A stretch of DNA of 64,000 nt from Geosiphon pyriformis uo1 (lineage: Eukaryota > Fungi > Glomeromycota), in the NCBI GenBank assembly GCA_016748015.1, contig JAAOMT010000435.1, positions 186,001-250,000 of the forward strand. Direction: 5' to 3'. Both the position numbers and the translations under genes were made by a program. This document shows, piece after piece, positions 1 to 13,699 of the stretch. Under the pieces are notes generated by a model, which saw only the letters and a program-made list of their open reading frames with translations, was not told the DNA's origin and did not search any database. Numbering within the stretch: the stretch's first letter is position 1; each line of letters begins with the position of its first letter.

Positions 1-26
1 CTTTATCTAATAATAATTCATTTTTC

Positions 27-1911
27 GTGAATTTAGAGGTTGCTACAAGTAGTATCATGTCTAAGAAAAAGACACCTAAGAGTGTTTTTTATGGTTCTGC
101 TGGTGGTTTTTTTTCTCAGAAGAAAAAAGTTATTCTTGGAAATGTCAAACACTCTGGTAATGAAAGGAATATCTCTTTAAGTAATTCTGGGCCTAGTAAT
201 AATATATATTCTGATGTGAAAAGTTTATTTGGTGATGATGAAGATGTTAACATGTCTGGTGTGAATAATGAGTCTTTTTTGGGCTCAGCTGCTACTACAT
301 CCAAGACAAAGTAAGTTAATACTGGTGCTGTTTTTAGTTTTCCACTTGGTTTTTCCAATTTTAGTATGGATGATAATGAAGTTGTTCTCTTTCTTTACTT
401 GCCCATCTCTCTTGACAAGAAGTGGATTGACCCAAAAATCATCAAAACTCTAGTAGAAGTGTCAATTAAAAAGTTGTTTGCTTTGGATATTAATTTCTCA
501 GCTGTAGAAGAAAAATTAGCAATAGCAAAAACTCAATTGGTTAGGAAAATTTTTTTGTCAGTCAATGGTTTTGGGGAGGGCCACTACCTTTTCAAAATTT
601 GAAAGAATCATCAAATCTACTTTTACATCAAAGATCAGCATAATGAAGACCACTTCATTGGCCAAAGAAAATGGGATTATCACAAATGTTAATATCAAGA
701 AACAAGGAATACATTCAAATCAGGCTGTGGTCATTAAAAAAATTATCATAAACATGCCAAAGGAAATAATTGTTACTGTAGTATTCAAATTTGGGAAAAT
801 TAAGTCAATCAAAATTCAACTAATTGGAATATGACAGAAAGCTATAGTGGAATTTGCTAAATCAGGTCAGGCTGAACAGTTGACTACTAAATGGTCTTTT
901 TTAATTAGTAAAAATTCTGTACATGTGGCCAAAGTTGTAAGAGATTGTGACACCTGGGCATCAAGAGATTGGTTTAAAGCTTTACTGTTTACTTTGTCAA
1001 TTGAAACAACTGCTTATGATTTGGGCACTCTCTTAGATAGGGCTGGTAAGAAAACCTGTGTTATTAATTGTTTATTGGATTTTGGTAACCAGATTTGCTG
1101 CACTATAATTGGTTTTGAATCTAAGGAGAGCTTGGAATCTGCATATCGCACTGAGCTAATATTTGGTGGTATTAAACTTTCTTGGGCTAGATTGGATTTG
1201 GTTTATTGTGAAAAGTGTGAACACTTTGGGCATTCTGCTTTGAAGTGTGATGCACTGACTGCATCTGTCTCTAAGTCTTCAAAGACCTTTAAAAAAATCA
1301 CTTCAGAAGTGCATCATCTTCAGCTGATAAAGCTATATGTGAAAAAGAGTGTTTTTATTTTCTGTTCTGCTGTCTTTGGTGGCAAGTCTTGAACACAAGT
1401 AGTTTTTTTTGCTCTTTTTTCTGGTGGTTTTCATATTGGTTATGGTTCTGGGTCTGGTTCTTCTCTTCTTAGTGCCTCATATAATAAAGAGAGCACTCCA
1501 GTTGCTCAAAATGATTTATCAATTGATGACTGTTTGGCTTTACTGGAATGCTCTTTGGAATTGCTGACTAAGCAAGTATTAGATATTGTGTACAGATTAA
1601 ATAGTATGGAGCTAGTGCTCTTGGTACCTGTCTCTCAAATCAAACCTCTGGTTATTCCTGCTTTTATGTTGTCAATGTCAGATGCTAATATGGTTTTGGA
1701 TATCCCACAGCCATCTTTCCCTTCTCTATTTCCTATAATAGAAGACAAGATAGTGGATTTGGGTATAAGTAGTTTAAAAGTTCTTACTTCCAAAGTTGGC
1801 TGTTTGGAATCTAAAATAGTGGCTCTTGAAGTTTTTATTGGCTTGATTTTGGGGAAATTGAATCTGTTGTACATGAATTTGGGTTTCTTAATATATTATT
1901 TATTTCAATGA
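27..1911 (+). pseudogene. LINE ORF1 (Gag-like nucleic-acid-binding protein), disrupted
   Basis: ORF fragments 27-314, 366-602, 565-834, 847-1392, 1534-1911. RRM-like 'VVIKKI..FGKIKSIKIQLIG..KAIVEF', zinc knuckle CEKCEHFGHSALKC (CX2CX4HX4C), C-terminal heptad 'LTSKVGCLESKIVALEV'. Confidence 0.85.
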
Positions 1912-4900
1912 GTGGGCTTATTTGGAAGGTAGTCACATGTAATATCAGAGGTATAATAAATTTAGCTAAACAGAAAAACATTGTTCATTGGCATAAGAAA
2001 TCAGGTAATATAATTACTATTGTTACTAAGACAAAATTAAGGTCTAATATTAGGCTTTGAATTATGTATAAGTTTGATGGAATTTGGATTTTCACTACTG
2101 GTTTGGATGTGAGTTTTTATGGTGCTGGTATTGCTATAATTATGGACATCTCTTTGGCTTGGCATGTGTCAAAGATTAAGGAAATTTCTGATTATTTGAT
2201 TTTTGTGCATCTTCTGTTTAAAAACAAGCTTTCAGTTACATTTTTGGGTCTCTATGCTGGTGTTTTGGTTGGTACATGCTTTGGCCAAGCTGCTGATATC
2301 AATTTTATGATTTCTAAAGCTGTCAATTCCAGTTTTTTTGTGATCTTGGGTGGGAATTTTAATGAAAATAGATCTAAGAGGAGTGTGAGCTTCAAGTTTT
2401 GCTTAAGTTTGGGCCTGGTTAACATTTTTAATGGACATTTCCTGGCCAAAGCTTCTACTTAGAGCAATTCTAGAAGTGTTGAAAAGGTGATTGATTTCAT
2501 TTTTGTAAGCAGAAATTTGGTGTTTACAGTAGTATTGCACAAAGTTAATAATGTGTCAGAATTTTTTGATACAAATCACAAGTCAGTTTTGGTTTCAATT
2601 GGTTTAAGTAGACTCTTGGATGCTCATCTTATCAGCATTTGCAAGCAAGCCAACCAAAATCAATAGAAGTTCAAATTGGGAGATGCAGATAATATTCAAT
2701 AGTTGAGCTTTAAAAACTATTCTTCTGCTAAGTTGTTGGTCAGATCAGACATATTTGAGAGTACAAAAGACAATAATGACTTAAATATGATGTGGAAAAT
2801 AATAGAAAAAACCATGGTACAAGCTGCTGATGTGGTGTTTTCTAAAGTTTAGTACAGTGAATATGATTACTCGAGGAATAAACAATCTTCAAAATTCTTC
2901 AAATTAGAGCTGCTTATTGCTAAGATCATGAAATTTAGGAATTCTGGTAATCTTCCAAACTTTGACTGCCTTGTGAAAGTCCGGTTAAATATTAATAAGA
3001 TCGAAACATCTATGGTTGTTGGCATAATATTGAATGGTGCAAGCTTAATGAATCTAGTTAAGCATTTGTTGGTAGTGAAAAAAAAGTACAGAAAATCTAA
3101 GTATTGTGAGTTTAAAATTGCTAAAGATATGGCCATTAGAAAGACAATTGACCATTGTATAGAAAATTTTTGTTCTGATAAAGGGTAGATAATAAGAAGC
3201 ATTTTGGAATGCTTATTTTACAAAGTAGTTTTAGATCACTTGGTAATAGATAATGAATTGGTAATTGAACCTAATAAGATTAAGCTCAAAATTGATAAAA
3301 TTATGAAAGAGTGAACAAGAAAGCATTCAGTACTTCCAAAAATGCCTGACCTTTGGTCTTGACAATATATGTCTCTGAATTATGTAGATAATAAAGCTTT
3401 TTTTGATATAATAAAAAAAATTGGTTTGGCAGAATTGTCTTTGGTTATTAATAACTTGCCAAATAATAAAGCAGCTGGGTTGTTTAAGATATCTAATGAA
3501 CTTTGGAAACATTGTGGTGAGGAGATATTGGTCTGTCTTTTAAAGTTACTGAATTTGTGTTTGAGTTTGGGTGAAATTTCGGCTGCCTAAAAGAAAGCAT
3601 GAATGTCAATAATCCTGAAACCTTATGAATAAAATGATGTTTTGACGAATACTAGATCTATTGTATTAGTTGATACTGCACATAAGATTTTATCTAAGAT
3701 TTTTTCTGACCAAATATTTTTAGCTTGTAGCAAATTTGGTGTTTTTCATGGTGATAATTTTTCAGTATTGAAGGGTACTTCTACCCAGTCTCTTATTTTT
3801 GCAATTGGTTTTGTTATTGAAGATGTCCTAGAAAAAAATAGAGAGCTATGACTGGTGTTACAAGATATGTGCAAAGCTTATAACTTAGTAGGCTGGAATT
3901 ATTTGAAGGCTAGCTTGTACTGTATATGGATGTATGATCAGTTTATTAAGTTCTTTGATAACATTCATGAAAACAGGATTAATAAGGTAATGCCAGATTT
4001 TGGATTTTTAAATGACTATAGAGTGCATGATAATTTGGATCAAGATGAGATTTTTTCTTCACTTCTCTGAAGAATTTTTTATAATCCACTCTTGTGTGAG
4101 GTTAAAAAACATAAGCATTTGTGTAGATACAGAATTGATATTAGATTTTTGGTGAGATTAAGCAGAGTTAAAACAACTGGTAATAAAACTACTTTTTTGG
4201 TGGCTGGTGCCTTTGTTAATAATACAATTTGAGTTGAAAGTTGTCAAACTTCTATGCAATACATTTGAATATTGCTAATAAGTTTTTTAAGATTAATAAC
4301 ATTTTAATTAATAATAACAAAACAGTGGCTATTCCAATTAATTAAGGTGTTAAGTCTGCTTTTCTGCTGATTAATAACTTAACAATTTCTATTGTTAAAA
4401 GAGGTGAGACACACAAATACTTGGGAATTTTTTTGTCTACTGAGGATTTTTCTAAGTTTAGTTTGGCCCAAGCTTATATGGATGTTCAGTTTTTTTCTAA
4501 TGTGGTGTTACAAAAAGTTATTACAGATAAACAATTTTTGTACTTAATTTTGATTGTCTTGCAGCCAATTATTAGTTACAGAACACAGTTTAGCTTTATT
4601 TCTTTAAGTATGTGTTGCAAATGGGATTTAATAATCAGAAAAGATCTTAGAATCAAGGCTGGTCTACCATGTGACTTTTCCAGTAAGGTTTTGTACTATT
4701 TGTTTTTGTATGGCTTGAAATTTTTTGAGTAAGTGCAATCTAAAGGAAAACTGGCTTTACTGATTTCTTTCTTCAATGTCTGTGGTATTCTTAGTTGTTT
4801 ATTTGAGCATAGGTTTTTGGATTTACAGATTCTGAAGTAGTCTTCTCTAAATCCTTTACAGTTTTTTGTCAGGTTATATGTTAGTTCAATAAACAATTTT

Positions 4901-6597
4901 TTGGCTGGTGTGGTAAAAATATTTTTAGAAAATAAGTTGTTCTTGGCAAACAATTTACTTAGTGCTTTTCATGAATCTGACAGATTTTTTATGTTTTGTA
5001 TCTTGAGACAGCCTTTGTATTATAATTCAGTTTTATCTTTGAAGAGATTTAATGTAGCTTTTGGTGATAGACTCTTAAATAAAAAAAAGAAGATAATAAA
5101 ATAGAAAACATTTTGACAGTGAAAGAGGCTAAATCCGAGAGGCTCTGTGTTTTGTTGGTTTATACTGACATCTGAGTTTTTGGTTGGGAATGTTTCTCTG
5201 GAAGTTGAGTCTGCTGTAGTTTCTGATATGCCTGTGATAGATATTTTGGAATCTGAGGTATTTTCTGAAGTCTGTGGTAGTTTGTTGAAGATTTGGTCTG
5301 ATTGTATTGAGATTTACATGGATGGATCCTTGAAGAGTACTGGCTCAGCTAAAGTGGTGAGTGGAGCAGCTGTTTACTTTCTTGCAGTGAATATGGATAT
5401 TGGAGTGAAAGTAGATAGGCTTTTGTCTTCCACTTTAACCAAATTGCAGACTGTTGCTTTGGCTTTGATGTACATTCTGTCTTCATGTTCTGTGATTGTT
5501 TACTCTGACAGCCAATCTGTAATTGATGCATGTCTGTCTGAGACCTTATTGGCTGTGCCAGATTTCCATAATCATTGTTGAATCAAGCAATTGCATATAG
5601 TCAATTTTTTTAAAGATAAAGACATTTCAATAAATTGGGTAAAAGTTAAGAGCCATTTGGGAGTACCAGGCAATATTAAAGCAGATATGCTGGTAAGTAA
5701 GACTATCTCCTCTCCTTTTTCTTTGCTGGTTGGAATTTAGGAATGGTTTTTGGTTGCTGAGAATACTGCCATATTTGGTAATGCTTATCATTTTGTAAGC
5801 AACATATACCAATCAATTTGCCATGCTCATTGAAAGACTAGTCCTGGTTATAATATGGTCCCAAATATTTTGATTAAGGAAATAGATTGGAAAGCTATTA
5901 TGATGGTCTGACAACTGAATTCACACATGCTTTCTGAGTTTACCAGTCAGAAATTGGCTAGTATACAAACATATTTGATAAAAACAGTGTATAGATGGCT
6001 GCCAGTTGTAGTTAGAAAAAAGTTATATAACAAAGGCTATCCTGGGGTGCTGTGCTTACTGTGTGGTAAAATAGAAGTGTTTAATCATGCTTTTATATGT
6101 TCTGGTAATATTGGTCTCTGTGAAAATATTTTGGCTAAAGCAACTAAGAAATAGGTTTCATTGACAAGTTCTTCTTGCCCATCTTCATCTTCTATTCTGT
6201 GTTTACTTTTATCATATTCTTTAGATATGAGTCTATATACTGCTATTTGTAAAGGCTTTGTTTTAAGGGATTGGTATGCTGAAGCTGTTTTGTGCTTTAA
6301 AGGGAAAGGAAAAGCTGTTCTGGCTATCATTAATTATGTCAAGTTTGTGGTGAAGCTATATCATGCTAAGGTATGGCTTATTAGATCCAAACATAGAATA
6401 GATATGGAGAAAACTGGTTTAGTCAAGAATGATAGTTTAGTTTTGGACTTATCTCTGTGTTTGGTGTCCACATTATCCAATGAATGGTTTGTATGCTTGG
6501 TATTATAGAATCTTTTATAGTTAACTTTGGTAAACACAAGATGTATCATTTTTTTTTTGGTTTAGGTGGTAATATGTATATTCATATAGATGTATAG
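1908..6597 (+). pseudogene. LINE ORF2 (AP endonuclease, reverse transcriptase, RNase H, C-terminal Zn finger), disrupted
   Basis: Starts MSGLIWKVVTCNIRG (APE) and contains 'ILGGNFN'. RT motifs 'NTRSIVLV', 'LQDMCKAYN', 'QDEIFSSLL', 'AFVNN' (decayed FVDD). RNase H 'IYMDGS..SDSQS'. C-terminal CLLC..H..C. Confidence 0.9.
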
Positions 6598-7028
6598 TAT
6601 AGTCTTGATTGGCCCAAATGACTGGCCACATGTGACAAGTGCATGAACTGTATTTAGTTTGATCCACTTAGTTTGGTTCTATATACTAGATAATAGTTGG
6701 ACTTCACTTGTTAAATACATAATAAAAAAAATTTATAATAAATAAAATACTTATTAATATTATAATTAAAACAATTAAAAATTTAAATATCAAAAAACAT
6801 AATACAATTTTTTTTTCTATTTTTATGATCATAATTAAACAAAAAATAAAAAAAATTGTAATCTTTTGTTTATAATAAATTATTTTTACCTATTTTTTTT
6901 TACTTGTTCTTTTTCTTACAATATTTTTTTTAACATAAATTTATTTATACAAAAAACTTCTTTCTTTTTTTTATCCAAAATTCCAAAAAAAAGTCTAAAG
7001 TTTTTTATAAAGAAGTTTTTTAATTATT

Positions 7029-8871
7029 TTGTATAATAAATTCAAACCATTCTTGCTTGATTATGAGGCCACTGTTGGCTCTAATATTATTGTCATGAAA
7101 AAAACTATTATGAATTCTGGTTTATTAGTTGGTTTTGAAGCTGTTCTGTTAAGGAAAAAGAGAAGAAATAGCATTTTGGAGGATAGTATTGGTAATAGAG
7201 AAGCTTCTGCTAGGGGTCAAAATAGTTATTCTTAAGATTCAGAGACTGGTTACACTATAAAATTTGAAAGCATTAATATGGAAAAAGAATATCTAATCAA
7301 GAAAACCAGTTTTAATTATGGTGGCTAGAGGAAATCCTAATCAAATGCCTAAAAATTCAAGAATAAAGACCAAAAAAGCTCTTAGCAAGCCACTGAATAA
7401 AATAAATTTTTCTAAAAAGAATGATGATGATAATATTCTGATAGAAACTCCTCTAGCACTTTTTCCTTCTCTAAAGGATCTGGTCAATGTCTTGGTTAAA
7501 AAGTCTTTTGCTTTCAATATTAAATTGGATAAAGTTATTGGTAAAATATTCCAAGAAAAATGTGTGATGATTAGAAAATTGTTTTCAGAAATCAATGATT
7601 TTAGGGGAGCATTTATCCTTTTAAAATTTGCTGGAATAATTAGAGCAATATTTACTTCTGAATTAAGCTTAGCACAGGCTTTAGATAAGGCAAAAAGTGC
7701 AAAAATCTTAGTAAACACCAATCTTAAGAAATTTGCTAGGTGATTAGATTGGGCTGTGGTATTAAAAAAAATTCCAATTGAAACATTAGCTAAGGCTATA
7801 TATACTGTACTGTCTGAATTCAGAATAATTAAGTCAATTAAGATACAATTGGTGGGGCTATAGCAGAAGACAGTAATAGAATTTGAGCAATTGGATTACA
7901 CTAATTTGGTTACAGCTGAGTGGTCTATTTTAATTGGAAAAGATGCCATGTATGTAATCAGAGCTAATAATGACAAAAAATCTTGGAATATTAGAGACAG
8001 TCATAAGATGCTGCTTTATATTCTGCTTGTGAAAACAAATGTGTATGATATTTGGGATTTTATTAATTTAGTTGATAGAAGAACATGCATTATTGATCAC
8101 TATCTAGTTACATATGTAAGAGCTAGATGTGCTGTCATCTGTTTTGGTACTGCTGAGTTACTAGATACTATCATGGGAACCATGCTAATATTAAGAAGTG
8201 CTAATTTGTGCTGGTCTTGTTTTGTTTCTGCCAAGTATCTCAAGTGTGAAAAATCTGGTTATACATCATTGGAGTGTGCCATTGGTAAGAAAATTCCATC
8301 TGGTAACTTACCATACAGAGTTTTTTCTGAAGCCAATAAAAGCAGACTGGCCACTATCTATGCTAAGTATTTGGTTCTTGTAGCTCATTCTATTTTTTTT
8401 GAAGGTGATTTTTGAATAAAGATTGTTAGTAAGTCTCTTCCCCTCTTTTTTTTGGTGCAAAATAATTTGGTGAATTTTGGCTTTTTTTCAGAGATAAAGC
8501 CATCCCTACCAGTTATAATAGAAGTAAACAATAAGTTTGCTGCTTTTGAGCACAGTTTTGCCAGTTTCACAGAACAGATTAATAAGCTGGCTAAGAGATT
8601 AGATGCATTCAAACTAATGATTTTCCAGTCTAATTCTGGATGTTAACTATTGGTAATCTCTTTATTACAAAATCAAGGAGCAGATATAGTAATGAGTAAG
8701 AGTTTGGGTGCATTCATTAATGGTGAGATTATTGCAGAAGTGGTGTTTTTGAATATGTCTTCAGTGTCTAAGTTGGAAAATAATATAAAGTGTCTAATGG
8801 AAATGGTTTTAGATCTTTCAGCCAAAGTGGAACATCTTAGTGTGAGTTTGGTTTCTCTTTTATCTTAATAA
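7029..8871 (+). pseudogene. LINE ORF1, disrupted
   Basis: Fragments 7029-7235, 7318-7743, 7891-8415, 8452-8868. 'VKKSFAFNIKL' and 'KSIKIQLVG' motifs shared with L1 ORF1. Decayed knuckle YLKCEKSGYTSLEC. Confidence 0.8.
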
Positions 8872-11800
8872 ATGGTCTTGTTTGGAAAGTGGCTATATGT
8901 AATGTTAAGAGTATAAACAACTCTGCTAAGCAAGTAGATATTATTTGCTAACATAAGGATATAAACAATTTAGTTTTAATAGTTACTAAAACAAAGCTAA
9001 AAGAAAAAGTTTATTCATAGATTGCTGACAAGTTTGATGGTATTTGTGTATTTACTTCAGGTTTGAACTCCAAATACCTAGGTTTGGAATTGTAATTGTT
9101 ATGAACATTGTTTTGGCAAAACATGTGTATAAGATTTCAGAGGTTGCTAGTAGACTTTTGTCTATTAGGCTGCTTTTTAGACATAAGTTATCTGTTTCAA
9201 TTCTGGGGCTTTATGCTGATGTTATGCTGGCTGTGTGTTTGTTTCAGACTAGAGAGATCAACTTTTTGATTGTAAAAGCAGTAAATGAATTTTTTTTTGT
9301 TATCTTAGATGAAGATTTTAACGAAAATAGTTCATGCAAATGTGCCAGTTTCAAGAAATGTCTTGATTTAGAGTTGGTAAATTTTCTGTTAGGGAGTTCA
9401 GTTACAAGAAGTTCTACATAAAAAAACTTAAAAAGTGTTAAAAAAACAATAGATTATGTGTTTGTTTCCTCAAATTTGGTTAATGCAATAGTAAGTCATA
9501 ATGTTTTGAATGTCAGTAAACACTTTGACACTAATTACTGAGCTGTTTTTGTGTCCATAAATTTGGGTGGTTTGTTAGATATGCAGTTGAACTTTTTTTG
9601 CAAACAAGTGAATAGAAATCATTGGACATTTGATGTTAAAAATGCTAATGAGGCAGAGTAGTGCAAGTTCAAAGAGTCTACAATGGCTAATGCAACAATA
9701 TTGTCTAATAAATTTGTTATTTCTAAGGGGTTTTTAGATTTAAATACTATGTAGAATACCATTTGCAAAGTGATGTGTCTTTCAGCAAATAAAGTTTTTA
9801 AGAAAAAATAGTTTAAGAACTATGACAGTGTTTTCACTAAGAAATTTTCTAGGTTTCACAAGCTATAAATTTTGGTGTTAAAAATTGCCAAGTCTTTATG
9901 TAAAGATGTTAATGGTGCTTTTGAATCTTTAATGAACTGTTGGACATTTTTAAATGTTAATAAGGCTTTGCCTGTTCAGATTCTATTAGATTCTGGTATA
10001 GATTTTAGTCATGTATATTCAGCTTTTTTCAGTATAAAAAAGTCATATCATGTCTTCAAGTTTGCTAAGTCTTTACAAGCTGAGAAGTTATAAATTAGAT
10101 CAGCTATCAATAAGCAAATAAAAAGTTTTGCAGTCAATAAGAGTTATATAATTAGGAGTATATTAGAACATCTTTTTCAGAAGATAGTTTTAAACCATCT
10201 GGTCATTAAAGATAAGCTGATTCTGGAATCTGACCTGGTTAAGACCAAGGTAGATGTGATTATAGAGGGTTAAACTAAGAAGCATAAAGTGGTGGCCAAT
10301 TTCTTTAATAATTGGTCTTGTCAATATTGGCCTTTGGAGTATATTTTTGATAATGTTTTTTCAAATGTGATGTGTTTGGTTAGTTTCAATGAGTTGTTCA
10401 GTGTGGTTTTTAATCTATCTAATAGCAAAACTGCTGATCTTTCTGGGGTCTCAAATGAGCTTTGAAAGCATTATAACAAGTTGGTCTTAAATATGCTTTT
10501 AGTGCTTTTGAATTCTTGTTTGTCTTATAAATTGGTGTTTGGTGCTTAAAAAGAGGCTTGGATCTTGATGATTCTCAAGCCATATGAGTAAAAGAAGATT
10601 TTTATGAATACTTGATTTATTGCTTTAATTGAGACTACTTGTAAGATCTTATCTAAGATTCTTTTAGATAGAATCTTTTTAGTGTGTAGTGTTTATAATA
10701 TTCTATAAGAGGACAATTTTTCAGTTTTAAAGAGTATAACAATGCAATCTCCTATTTTTGCCATTGGTTCAGTTATTGAAGATGTTTTGAAAAAGAACCA
10801 CAAATTCTGATTGGTCTTGCAGGACATGTGAAAAGCCTATGATTCTGTTAAATAAAAGCATCTTAAGAAGAGTTTGGTCAAAATAAAAATGTGTGACAAG
10901 TTCATTAGATTTTTTGGTGGTATTTACAATAATTGTGTCAACAGGATTATAACTGATTTTAAATTAACAGATGGATATTGGGTGCATAATAATCTGGATT
11001 AGGGGGAGGTGTTTTCACTTTTTTTTGGTACATATTTTATGATTCTTTTTTGTGTAAAGTCAAGAGACAAGAAAGTGTATGTGAGTACAGATTGAACTCT
11101 CATTTCATTGCTAAAACTGGTCATGCAGAATTCTAGGTTGGATTGACATTTTTTCTTGCTGCTGGTGCTTTTGTTAATAATACTATTTGGATTGGTAGCA
11201 GTTAGACTACTACTTAACACATTTTCAATGTTGTTAATGAATTTTTTCGAGTTAATGATATTTCTATAAACAATGACAAGACTATGGCTATTTTCATTAA
11301 TTGTAAAGTCAGAAGCTTTTTATTATTGATTAGTGGTTTGCCTATCTCCATTGTCAAAAGGGAAGAATCTCATCATTACCTAGGTATTTTTCTGTCTACT
11401 GAGGGATTGTTAAAGCCTAGCTTGGCCAAAATGCATTTAGATGTCTAGTTTTTTTCCAATTTTGTTCTGAGAAAGGCTATTTCGGATAAACAGTTTTCTT
11501 ATTTGGTGTTAGTAGTTCTTTATTTTATTGTTGATTATCAAACACAATTCAGCTTTGTGTTTGTTAGTATATGTAATAAGTGAGATGTTTTGATTTATAA
11601 GGACCTAAAATTGAAGACTGGTTTGTCTCTCAATTTCCCCAGTAACATACTTTATCATCCTTTTTTGTATAGTTTTAAGACTTTTGAACAAGTTTAGACT
11701 AACACAGATCTCATAACTTGCAAGCTTTGTTCTGGTACCCAGTGCATCCTTTGAGTTTTCTGGCTTGCATTAGGGTCAGTTCATCTAATAACTTCTTGGC

Positions 11801-13490
11801 AGATGTGATTCATGTTTTTTATAAGTACAATTTGTCCTTGGGTGGTCTGATAAACAATGTTTTCCGTTTTTGAGATGATACTCTTATGTCAAAGGTGCTC
11901 AGCAAATCCAATTTCTTTAGGTTTCTCCTTTTGCTTTGGCAATATGACATTGCTTTTGTGGAACAGCTTTATGGTAGTAATGGTGTTATTTTTAATTGGA
12001 AAACCTTCAAGCATTGGAAGAAGTTGGACCTGTGTGGTTCTGTTCCTAACTGGTTTAAGCTTTCTGTTGAATACTTAAGTGGTATGGCTTCTTCTTTTAT
12101 CTGTTTCTCTTCTTTAAATGTTTTTAAATTTTTGAATGTTTTAAAGTCTTGTGAGTTTGGGATTATTCATGATCATTTGTTGAATGTTAAGATTGACAGT
12201 TTTTCTGTCTATACAAATGAATTTCTAAAAGACTTAAAGAGTGCTAACATAAGGGCTGGTGCTGCAGTTTTTTTTGAAAATATAGGCTTAGATTTGGGGA
12301 TTAGGGTCTCTAGTCTGATGTTTTTTACTTTGACAAAGTTGCAGGCTATTGCTCTGGCTCTTGAATGTGTTCCCTCTTTAAGCTTAATTTGTCTTTTTAT
12401 GGACAGTTAAGTTGTCTTGAATATGTGTATGTCAGAATTGGATTTAGTGCATCTAGATTTTCAGAATTGGTATTGAATTAAGCATCAGTACATCATAAAT
12501 GTCATTAGAAAGAAGAATTTAGATATTAGCTGACACAAAATGAAAGATCATTTAGGAGTCTTAGGTAATAAATGTGCTAATATACTTGCCAATGCTGTTT
12601 TTTTTTCTCTTTGGTACCTTTCTCCTCACTTGGAAAAATATTGTATTTTGGCTAAGAGTAGTGTCATTTCTGGTAATTCTAAACATTTTGTTTGTAAGAT
12701 CTTTTGAGCTGTTTATTGTGTGCATTGGAAAGTTGGTTCTGGTTCTAAAGTTTTGAGTAATAATTTGTTTTCAGACATCAATTGACTTAGTTCATCTTTG
12801 GTATGGCATCCTAACTCACACATGGCTACTGGTTTTATAAGTAAGTTTACTGTTAGCATTCACATATACTTTATGAAGACTTTGTATTATCAGCTGTCTG
12901 TTGCTGTTCAGAAGCATCTATACAACAAATGTTATCCCAATGTATTGTATTTGTATTGTGACAATGTTGAGATTTTGGACCATGCTTTTTTTTGTGTGAT
13001 TGATGGTTTTGTTTGCTGATAGTTGTTGAATGTTCATGCAGCTGCTTGGAGTGCACTTTCTGGTTTTTCTCTTTCTTCTTTGTATGTGTTTCAATTTCTG
13101 TTTTTTTGTGTTATAGATGTTGCAGTATGCATGACTCTTTGTAAGAGCTTTGTCTTTAGAAATTGGCTTCAAAAAGCTGTGTCTGTCTTTGGAAGTTCCA
13201 AAATTGCAGTTTGGAAGGCTGTGAATTTTGTGCAAAATTTTTGTCTTATTTTTAGAAATAAAATTTGGTTGGTCTGGGCTAAATATTGTGCTTTCATGAA
13301 AAAAAATAGGCTGATATCTGTTAATAGTTTGGCTCTAATCTTAGTATCTGAGATGTTTTTGTTGCTTTTTGTTAGTGTGGTTAAATTGCTGGATATTGCT
13401 GAAGCATTTAGTGTTGGTTTTGGTTTTCATAAATCTTGTTTATTTTTTTTAAATATTGGAAACCCAGTTTTGGTTTATGTAGGTGCTTAG
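8868..13490 (+). pseudogene. LINE ORF2 (APE-RT-RNase H-Zn finger), disrupted
   Basis: 'GLVWKVAICNVK' APE start, 'LQDM*KAYDSV', 'GEVFS', 'AGAFVNNTIWIG'. RNase H fragment 11886-12410; Zn-finger fragment 12798-13019. Confidence 0.88.
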
Positions 13491-13699
13491 TGTTGTCCTG
13501 ATTAACTTAAATGACTGTTTACATGTAGAAAATACATGATTTACATCTAGTTTAGATCAATTTTTGATGTATAATACTAGACAGTATTTGAATTTTACTT
13601 GTTAAATGAATAAAAAAAATAAAAATTATTTATGATTATAAAATTAGTTAATAATTTAGTTAATATTGCAATATTAAAAAAAATAGTGTAAAAAACCAC

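Larger units (their letters stand above)
1..6731 (+). mobile_element. Non-LTR retrotransposon (LINE) copy L1, near full-length, degenerate; APE-RT-RNase H type
   Basis: ORF1 then ORF2 fragments in colinear order, a 3'UTR and an AATAAAAAAAA tail ending at 6731. The 5' end may extend beyond the window. Confidence 0.93.
6900..13625 (+). mobile_element. LINE copy L2 (divergent subfamily), near full-length, degenerate
   Basis: Same ORF1/ORF2 organisation as L1, homologous 3'UTR and A-tail at 13609-13625. The 5' boundary is approximate (AT-rich 6732-7030). Confidence 0.9.
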
